From Nitrososphaerota archaeon (GTDB lineage: Archaea; Thermoproteota; Nitrososphaeria; Nitrososphaerales; UBA57): DNA of 6,290 bases. The position numbers were made by a program, and so were the translations under genes. The stretch's first letter is position 1, and every line of letters starts with the position of its first letter. Of this stretch, positions 1 to 5,737 are shown in pieces. The stretch lies in the NCBI GenBank assembly GCA_013378385.1, contig JACAFS010000054.1, positions 1-6,290 of the forward strand. The letters run 5' to 3'. Below the pieces are notes generated by a model. That model was not told where the DNA came from, searched no databases, and saw nothing but the letters and a program-made list of their open reading frames with translations.

Positions 1-270
1 ATCGAATATTCGCATAGTGAAGGATGTTCTGTAACTGGAGGATATGTATATCATGGAAGAATCGAGAGTCTAAAAAATAAATATATATTCTCTGATTTTT
101 GCAGTGGAAATATTTGGACAATTGATCTATCTAATAATGAATATGAGAAAGAAAGATTATTGAAAGGGCCATTTCAAATTTCGTCACTAGGTCAAGATGA
201 AAATGGTGAGGTATACATATTGTCTTTTGATGGAAGAATTTATACCTTTTATGAGATGGAGAGGGTGTAA
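1..270 (+). CDS. 3' fragment (89 aa plus stop) of a PQQ-dependent sugar dehydrogenase-like protein (glucose/sorbosone dehydrogenase, GSDH/HHIP-like beta-propeller). The 5' end lies left of the window.
   Basis: Frame 1 is open from nt 1 to TAA at 268-270. My translation is IEYSHSEGCSVTGGYVYHGRIESLKNKYIFSDFCSGNIWTIDLSNNEYEKERLLKGPFQISSLGQDENGEVYILSFDGRIYTFYEMERV. The pattern S-x-TGGYVYxG ... YIFxDFCSGxIW ... GEVYIL..DGxIY matches my memory of the last propeller blades of the GSDH family. No database search was possible. Confidence 0.6.
   Translation: MEYSHSEGCSVTGGYVYHGRIESLKNKYIFSDFCSGNIWTIDLSNNEYEKERLLKGPFQISSLGQDENGEVYILSFDGRIYTFYEMERV
258..267 (+). promoter_or_regulatory. Shine-Dalgarno-like purine tract GGAGAGGGTG inside the last codons of the upstream gene, ending 5 nt before the flippase ATG at 273
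   Basis: The sequence GGAGAGGGTG is at 258-267. It is partly complementary to the conserved 16S 3' end (SD core GGAGGTG). Only 2 nt separate the upstream stop (268-270) from the ATG at 273, which suggests co-transcription and coupled translation. Confidence 0.4.
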
Positions 271-272
271 TT

Positions 273-1826
273 ATGCAGAAAAACGTAGCAAAAGGAGCAG
301 CATCCCTATATCTTTCAAATATTGTTTCCCTATTTGTAATTACTGGTCATTTTATCGTATTAACTAATACATTAGATATAACAGAAATTGGAATAATTTT
401 TGGATTTCAAATTATAATGTATTTATTTGCAACATTAGCGACATTTTGTTTACCAATACCAATTATGTCGCCACTCCCATTACCACATGCAATTACCAAA
501 TTCATACCTGAATTTATTGCGTCAAAAGAAAAAGGAAAGGCAAATACTATTTTTCTGCATTCGTTGTATTTGCTAATAATAATATCTCTAATATTATCTA
601 TACTAATCTTTGTGAATATTGACATTATTAATTCAATGATTTTTAATGGAAAGATAACCAATGGGTTATTATTTATAGCGCTTACACAAATCTTCTTGTT
701 TACTTTGAATCAATTCCTATTTAGTGGAATGATATCAATAGGAAATAGCTACAAGGTAGGAATTATACAAATTTATTCGATTGTAGTAAAATTTACATTC
801 GCTGCAATTCTTGCTTATGCAGGTTTTGGAATAATTGGTGTTTTAGCAGGGTATTTAGTAGGAGATTTATTATTCACAATTTTAGTATTACCAATTTGTC
901 TGAATAAATTAAAGAGTCCAAAACAAGAAATTGATCGTTCTGCGGCAATAAATTATTCTGTGCCAATATTAATATCATCATTAATAATATTCGGGGTAAC
1001 GCAAATTGATAGAATATATGCTTTAATGAATCTAGGGTTACCGGGGTTAGGAATATACACAATTGCAATAGCCGCTTCAACAATTGGAGCTTATGCGCCT
1101 AATTCTCTTGCTACTGCAATAACACCTAATTTGTCAGCGCTTTTTTCACTAAATAAATTAGATTCGTTCCGAGATTTATCTAAACTGTATACACGGTATG
1201 TATCATTTATTGGAATGCCTGCAGCTTTTATGATCGCTGCGTTGTCAGTGCCATTAATGTCAATATTTGGCGAACAATATGCAGATAGTGCACTACCTGC
1301 GGCCGTAATCTCTATCGCAATAGGAATAACTACATTTTCTTCTATTTACAATAGTCAATTATTTGTTAGAGGAAAAACAAAATGGATAATGTTTGCAAAT
1401 ATATCGGGTCTTTTATTATTCATATCAATGATTTCATTTTCTCAGGTATTGAATAACAGCATAGATGTAAATTATTTGTCATATGGAAGAGCATTGATGA
1501 TAGTTTCAACTGCATTAATCATAAGCTATAAATCGTATACATTAGGAGATCTGAAATATGATAGAAAGGCGATAATTAATTCGTTATTAGGTTCAATAAT
1601 TATGTCGGTATCTCTGTATTATTTGTACACCTTATTATTCAGTTCTGTGTCGTCGACTTTATCACTATTAGTGCTCATCCCTACTGGAATGGCAATCTAT
1701 TTTATTTATCTAAGACAAACAAGAACGTTCAATCAAAAAGATATTGAATTCATAGTAAAAATTATTTCAATAAAGGAATCTAACAAAATTAATACTATGA
1801 AAAAGATACTAGGTGTTAAGAACTAA
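273..1826 (+). CDS. Polytopic membrane protein, probably a MOP-superfamily oligo/polysaccharide flippase (Wzx / Polysacc_synt-like)
   Basis: The ORF encodes 517 aa. By eye it has about 14 hydrophobic helix-length segments separated by short polar loops. The N-terminus (KGAASLYLSNIVSLFVITGHFIVLTNTL...IG) resembles polysaccharide-biosynthesis/Wzx exporters. The short basic C-terminal tail looks cytoplasmic. The family call rests on pattern recognition, not an HMM hit. Confidence 0.6.
   Translation: MQKNVAKGAASLYLSNIVSLFVITGHFIVLTNTLDITEIGIIFGFQIIMYLFATLATFCLPIPIMSPLPLPHAITKFIPEFIASKEKGKANTIFLHSLYLLIIISLILSILIFVNIDIINSMIFNGKITNGLLFIALTQIFLFTLNQFLFSGMISIGNSYKVGIIQIYSIVVKFTFAAILAYAGFGIIGVLAGYLVGDLLFTILVLPICLNKLKSPKQEIDRSAAINYSVPILISSLIIFGVTQIDRIYALMNLGLPGLGIYTIAIAASTIGAYAPNSLATAITPNLSALFSLNKLDSFRDLSKLYTRYVSFIGMPAAFMIAALSVPLMSIFGEQYADSALPAAVISIAIGITTFSSIYNSQLFVRGKTKWIMFANISGLLLFISMISFSQVLNNSIDVNYLSYGRALMIVSTALIISYKSYTLGDLKYDRKAIINSLLGSIIMSVSLYYLYTLLFSSVSSTLSLLVLIPTGMAIYFIYLRQTRTFNQKDIEFIVKIISIKESNKINTMKKILGVKN
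1800..1804 (-). terminator. Candidate oligo-T terminator (T5 on the minus strand) for ileS, embedded in the flippase 3' coding region
   Basis: The plus strand reads AAAAA at 1800-1804, which is TTTTT on the minus strand. It lies 11 nt downstream of the ileS stop (1816-1818) and mirrors the plus-strand tract at 1836-1840. Confidence 0.25.
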
Positions 1827-4800
1827 TTATACAGATTTTTAGTTTAGATCCGTCTATGTCTATATCTTTCCAATCATATGACGAATTCAGATCGTCGACA
1901 ACTTCTACATTATTTGTTCTAATTAGGTATTTTAGTTCAGATAATTTAGGCATGAGTAATTTCTTAGTGGGAGTATCAATTCCATATATCAATGTATTTT
2001 TCAATATTTCAGAAGGATCAAGACCGGATTCTTTACGTTCTGATTGAATTCTTCTAGCAAGATCGCGTAAATATCCTTCAATAAATAAATCAGAGTCTCT
2101 TTCTTTAGGTAAAATAACAACAATTCCTGATTTAGAAGACAATACATAATCATCAGTGGCGTCAAATTGAAATTTAATTTCATTTTTGTGTACTTCATAA
2201 CTAGTGTCATTAATTTTGAAGGTAAAAGAATCATTAATTATGAAATGTTTAAACAAGTCTAGTGCATTTTGCTCTTTTATTATACTTCGGAATTCATTGA
2301 TATCCGCCCTTAATCTTTTTCCAAGAATGTCATAATTTGGAAAAATGGATAGATTGACAGGTAATTCATCGACATGATCAATGTATTTTATATCACGTAT
2401 ATTACAAAATGTTTGCAATAATTCTTTGTGCTTTATCAGATTGGATAATGATTGATCTTCAGAATATATCATTGATAATTTTAAAGGCCATCGACGTTTC
2501 AATTTACCCTTCATTCTAGCAGAATTACTTTGAGAAATGATTATCTGTAGAGATTTGAATTCTGACTCAAGATCATCATTAAGAAGATCAGGATTACTTT
2601 TAGGCCAAGTCTTAGTCAATATAGGATTATTATCAAATATTGAACTATGAAGGAATTCAGTGATAAATGGAGAGATCGGATGTAATAATACGTCAAGAGT
2701 GTAAAGTATATGAGAAATTATAGAATAGATCGATAAACGTCTATTAAGATGTGAATCATCGTCATTCCATATTTCATTTCTGACCATAGGTAGATAGATT
2801 TGACTAAAACTATCGATTATAAAATTATCAATTGATGCAGCGACAAGATTGAAATTAGTGTCGCTATAGGAATTAGTAACGTCTTTTATCAAATTCTGTA
2901 ATTTTGAGAGAATCCAATAGTCAGGAGATGATAATGAATTATTATTGATTGACCATTCAAGAGTATGTTCGTCTTTATTGAAATTATCATATTCGCCATT
3001 TTGTTTCAGGTATTTATGTAGATTATATAATGTGCTAATTACTTGATATGGCCTAGATTTCATTTCTTCAAAACTAAAATTTAGACTATCTATAGGAGTT
3101 GCTTTTCTCATCAAATAGAATCTGAGAATATCAACGGAATTTTCATCAAGTGTTTTATAACCTTCAACAATGTTTCCTAATCTTTTACTCATTTTATTGC
3201 CTTTTTCATCAAGAATATGTCCCTGAAATAAAAATGCGCTATAAGGCGAAGCACTAGAATTCTGCATTATAATATTTTCAATTAAAAGAGTATACGCCCA
3301 TCCACGTGTTTGATCTATACCTTCAGTAAGAAATGTTGCAGGAATAAATTCATTATATTCTTCATCAGACAAAGATGCAAAAGGAGCGGCGCCGCTATTA
3401 TGCCAAGTATCAAGAACAAATAGTTCTCTATGACATTCATTATTACATTTAGGACAATTAATTACAATACGATCCATCCATGGTTTATGCAATTCAAAGT
3501 TATTTCCATCAGGAAGTTCTATTGCATTATCAATAATTGCTTTTCGTGAGAATAAACCAACTTTATGCGAACATGAAATACATTTCCATATAGGAAGTGG
3601 AGTTCCCCAAACTCTTTCTCTCGATATACACCAAGGTCTTTTTTCTTTAATAATTTCAATAAATCGATTTTGAGGTTGTTCAAAATAATATTCGATAGAC
3701 TCAGCAGCCTCAACAGCTTTGTTATCCAACTTATCAACTTGATAAAAATATGCACGTCTTGCAACCCATAATAATCGATGGCCCGATCTCCAGCATAAAG
3801 GATATTCATGTTTAAGTCGACCAAGTTTCACTAAAGAATTTTCTGTTTTTAATAAATCAAATACCAATTCATTCGCGTCACGTACAAATAATCCGTTAAA
3901 TTTACCAGATTTTTCATCAAAACATGCTTGATCATTAATTGGATTAAATAATGGAAGATTCCTTTTCTTTCCAATATCAAAGTCAATTTCTCCATTTGCA
4001 GGAGAGATATGAACCAATCCAGTTCCAGTTGTCAAGTCAACGAAATCTTCGGCAACCACAGCATGCACTCCTTGTTGTTTAGATAGCGCATGTAATTCAG
4101 GTATGTATTTTTCTGCCAGGGGATGAATGTATTTTTTACCATCTAATGATTTACCATCAACTTCTTTTAGTATTTCAAAATTCTCAATATGAAATACATT
4201 CATTAATTCGTCCAATCGCTCATTAGCAATTATCCATATTTCATTTTCTATTTTTACATAGGAATATATTGATTCAGGTTTTACACCGGTCAGCATATCA
4301 GTAACAACAGTGAATGGCATAGTTGTCCAAAGAATGAGATATGCATCTTCATCAACAAGTTTTACTTTATAATATAATGAAGGGTCCTCGACAGTTGCAT
4401 AACCTTGGGCAACTTCTGCATGACTAAGAGATGTTTGACAGCTTGGACAATAAGGAACCACGGATTCAAGTTCTTCAAGTATGCCATTGTCCCAAGCTTT
4501 CTCAAGATATTTCCATTCTCGTTCAATGTATTCATCTTTGTATGTCCAGTATGCTTTATCATGATCAAGAGATAATCCAAGAAGTCGGTCTGAGTTTTTC
4601 CATGTTTCATAATTATTTAGAACCAGGTCCTTACAAGCTTGAATAAGAGTTTCTTCTCCAATTTTCTTGAGATTCTCGATCTTGCTGCCTTTCAGTCCCA
4701 ATTCTTTTTCAGCTTGTAATTCAACAGGTAGTCCCTGCGTATCCCAACCGCCACGAAATATTACATCGTAATCATTAAGAACGTTAAATCTATACCAGAT

Positions 4801-5001
4801 GTCCTTGATAATCCTGCCGCGAATATGTCCGATATGCGGTTTTCCGTTGAGCGTTGGAGGACCTTCAATGAAAGCTACAGTTTCATTATCTGCATATTTA
4901 TCCTTGATGTATTTCTTAATATCGATATCTTCCCAGTATTTTCTAGTGATTTTTTCGATTTCCTTTAGGTTTAGTTCGTCCTCTAGGTTTCCTGCTTGCA
5001 T
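1816..5001 (-). CDS. ileS: Isoleucine--tRNA ligase (isoleucyl-tRNA synthetase), archaeal/eukaryote-like type, complete
   Basis: The ORF encodes 1061 aa. Class I signature HIGH (PHIGH, aa 56-59) is encoded at 4825-4836. The KMSKS-type loop KMSKR (aa 603-607) is at 3181-3195. CP1 editing-domain motifs are WTTMPFT (aa 225-231, 4309-4329) and GTGLVHISPANGEID (aa 326-340, 3982-4026). The cysteine motif CPSC and the eukaryote/archaeal-like YPLCWRSGH are present, as is the N-terminal FIEGPPTLNGKPHIGH block. The length is typical of archaeal IleRS. Confidence 0.95.
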   Translation of the reverse strand: MQAGNLEDELNLKEIEKITRKYWEDIDIKKYIKDKYADNETVAFIEGPPTLNGKPHIGHIRGRIIKDIWYRFNVLNDYDVIFRGGWDTQGLPVELQAEKELGLKGSKIENLKKIGEETLIQACKDLVLNNYETWKNSDRLLGLSLDHDKAYWTYKDEYIEREWKYLEKAWDNGILEELESVVPYCPSCQTSLSHAEVAQGYATVEDPSLYYKVKLVDEDAYLILWTTMPFTVVTDMLTGVKPESIYSYVKIENEIWIIANERLDELMNVFHIENFEILKEVDGKSLDGKKYIHPLAEKYIPELHALSKQQGVHAVVAEDFVDLTTGTGLVHISPANGEIDFDIGKKRNLPLFNPINDQACFDEKSGKFNGLFVRDANELVFDLLKTENSLVKLGRLKHEYPLCWRSGHRLLWVARRAYFYQVDKLDNKAVEAAESIEYYFEQPQNRFIEIIKEKRPWCISRERVWGTPLPIWKCISCSHKVGLFSRKAIIDNAIELPDGNNFELHKPWMDRIVINCPKCNNECHRELFVLDTWHNSGAAPFASLSDEEYNEFIPATFLTEGIDQTRGWAYTLLIENIIMQNSSASPYSAFLFQGHILDEKGNKMSKRLGNIVEGYKTLDENSVDILRFYLMRKATPIDSLNFSFEEMKSRPYQVISTLYNLHKYLKQNGEYDNFNKDEHTLEWSINNNSLSSPDYWILSKLQNLIKDVTNSYSDTNFNLVAASIDNFIIDSFSQIYLPMVRNEIWNDDDSHLNRRLSIYSIISHILYTLDVLLHPISPFITEFLHSSIFDNNPILTKTWPKSNPDLLNDDLESEFKSLQIIISQSNSARMKGKLKRRWPLKLSMIYSEDQSLSNLIKHKELLQTFCNIRDIKYIDHVDELPVNLSIFPNYDILGKRLRADINEFRSIIKEQNALDLFKHFIINDSFTFKINDTSYEVHKNEIKFQFDATDDYVLSSKSGIVVILPKERDSDLFIEGYLRDLARRIQSERKESGLDPSEILKNTLIYGIDTPTKKLLMPKLSELKYLIRTNNVEVVDDLNSSYDWKDIDIDGSKLKICIISS
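1836..1840 (+). terminator. Candidate archaeal oligo-T terminator (T5) for the flippase transcript, embedded in the ileS 3' coding region
   Basis: TTTTT at 1836-1840 lies 9 nt after the flippase stop (1824-1826). Archaeal RNA polymerase is known to terminate at oligo-dT tracts. T5 runs also occur by chance at this AT content. Confidence 0.25.
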
Positions 5002-5025
5002 TAAGAAAATTATAACCCAAGGGTG

Positions 5026-5032
5026 AATAAAA
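5026..5032 (-). promoter_or_regulatory. TATA-like box (TTTTATT on the minus strand) positioned for a leaderless or near-leaderless ileS mRNA
   Basis: The plus strand reads AATAAAA at 5026-5032, which is TTTTATT at -31 to -25 relative to the A of the ileS ATG (5001). Archaeal TATA boxes centre about 26-27 nt upstream of the TSS. There is no SD-like tract between it and the ATG. A second A/T box, TTATAATTTT, lies at -14 to -5 and is too close to serve this start. Confidence 0.3.
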
Positions 5033-5075
5033 CATTACCTAACAAGATTAAGATTCGAATATCGTTACATAATTC

Positions 5076-5423
5076 ATGGATATATCCGATAGATCATTGC
5101 AAGAATTGACCGCAATTATCGAGGAATCCAAGACTGGATTCGACATAGATATCATTGACAAATGGTACTTTAAGATAACAGAACATGCCAAAGAAGAGGC
5201 ACCTCATCACCTTATCGAAAGCATAGGCTACGAGCAGGACGACGTATTGCCCATGAAATTCAAGTTAAACTGCTCAAAGAGGGCAGTGCCACACATGAAC
5301 AGGGCAATAGAGCATTTCATGCCTGAGATGCAGTATGTCACGCAACTGTACTTCCAGGTAGTGCAGCAAATAATACAGAAAGAGTACGAAGAGTACAATC
5401 CAGAACAGCCTAAAGAACAATAA
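5076..5423 (+). CDS. Hypothetical small acidic protein (115 aa) with no family I can recognise
   Basis: It is the only long ORF in this interval and no competing ORF lies on the opposite strand. Third-position bias is coherent: about 61/115 codons end in G/C, with TAC 5 vs TAT 1 and TTC 4 vs TTT 1. Arg is encoded only by AGA/AGG and Ile mostly by ATA. I count 22 D/E against 12 K/R. Three HxxxE spacings occur (H37-E41, H44-E48, H80-E84). Confidence 0.55.
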   Translation: MDISDRSLQELTAIIEESKTGFDIDIIDKWYFKITEHAKEEAPHHLIESIGYEQDDVLPMKFKLNCSKRAVPHMNRAIEHFMPEMQYVTQLYFQVVQQIIQKEYEEYNPEQPKEQ

Positions 5424-5542
5424 ACGCATCCAATCCGCCATCAGATGCAGTTACATTGCAGCTAAATCACATCAGGCGTCAATAAACGCCAATAGACGGG
5501 CATTAAACTACACTAATTTACACTGTTTGCATCTATTTACAA

Positions 5543-5568
5543 CAAGATTATCTAATATTGAATTAAAA
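5543..5568 (+). repeat. Copy A of an imperfect direct repeat: CAAGATTA-TCTAATATTGAATTAAAA
   Basis: The core TCTAATATTGAATTAAAA (5551-5568) matches 5629-5646 at 16/18 positions with an offset of 78 bp. Both copies are preceded by CAAGA. It contains the A/T box TTAAAAT (5563-5569). Confidence 0.55.
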
Positions 5569-5619
5569 TGAGCAATTAGTATTGTTAAATAGAATTTCAA
5601 CATATAAGCAAAGTCAGAT

Positions 5620-5646
5620 CAAGACCAATCTAATATTAAATTATAA
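5620..5646 (+). repeat. Copy B of the same imperfect direct repeat: CAAGACCAA-TCTAATATTAAATTATAA
   Basis: The core TCTAATATTAAATTATAA is at 5629-5646, with 16/18 identity to copy A. It overlaps the BRE/TATA-like ATTAAA-TTATAAA at 5635-5647. Confidence 0.55.
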
Positions 5647-5647
5647 A
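5635..5647 (+). promoter_or_regulatory. BRE/TATA-like element (ATTAAA + TTATAAA) about 25 nt upstream of ATG 5669, pointing antisense into the 3' end of the VWA gene
   Basis: TTATAAA at 5641-5647 is centred 25 nt upstream of position 5669. It is immediately preceded by the A-rich hexamer ATTAAA. This is the geometry of archaeal promoters of leaderless transcripts. The stretch is only about 25% GC, so a chance match is quite possible. Confidence 0.25.
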
Positions 5648-5675
5648 CAATTTCTACATAGATAGATCATGTCTG

Positions 5676-5680
5676 AAAAA
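5676..5680 (-). terminator. Candidate oligo-T (T5, minus strand) terminator downstream of the VWA gene
   Basis: The plus strand reads AAAAA at 5676-5680, which is TTTTT on the minus strand, 57 nt after the VWA stop codon (5738-5740). It is the first T5 run downstream of that gene. Confidence 0.2.
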
Positions 5681-5737
5681 TCCGATAGAGGGTTCTCCGA
5701 ATCCAGATGTATTAGAACAATGGTTCGAAGTAGTAGT

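Noticed and set aside
407-1083. Minus-strand ORFs 407-661 (84 aa) and 874-1083 (69 aa)
   Set aside because: They lie wholly antisense within the 517-aa membrane-protein gene. Their Ile/Leu/Lys-rich low-complexity translations are typical of shadow ORFs in AT-rich DNA, and neither has a promoter or RBS context.
4381-5001. Elevated GC (~38%, with some rows at 45-52%) in the 5' third of ileS as a possible intragenic recombination breakpoint
   Set aside because: This region encodes the most conserved catalytic-core residues, which are rich in Gly/Pro/Ala/Arg/Trp codons. The poorly conserved C-terminal domains drift towards AT, which is the usual pattern in AT-rich genomes. GC3 here (~35% in the first 60 codons) is still well below that of the genes to the right.
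1816-5001. Possibility of an intein or large insertion in IleRS
   Set aside because: A length of 1061 aa is normal for archaeal/eukaryote-type IleRS. The motif order and spacing (HIGH at 56, CP1 at 225-340, KMSKS at 603) leave no room for an extra domain.
1856-5026. Six short ORFs overlapping ileS (1856-2047 +, 2001-2234 -, 3519-3824 -, 4362-4610 -, 4431-4646 +, 4799-5026 +)
   Set aside because: All are nested in or antisense to a gene whose identity is unambiguous (HIGH, KMSKS and CP1 motifs in one continuous 1061-aa frame). Their translations show no recognisable motifs, so they are alternative-frame artefacts.
5722-5730. GGTTCGAAG, reminiscent of a tRNA T-arm/T-loop (GGTTCGAAT)
   Set aside because: The flanking bases cannot form the 5-bp T stem (AATGG vs TAGTA). 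No acceptor, D or anticodon arms can be drawn around it, and it lies just downstream of the VWA stop. It is not a tRNA.
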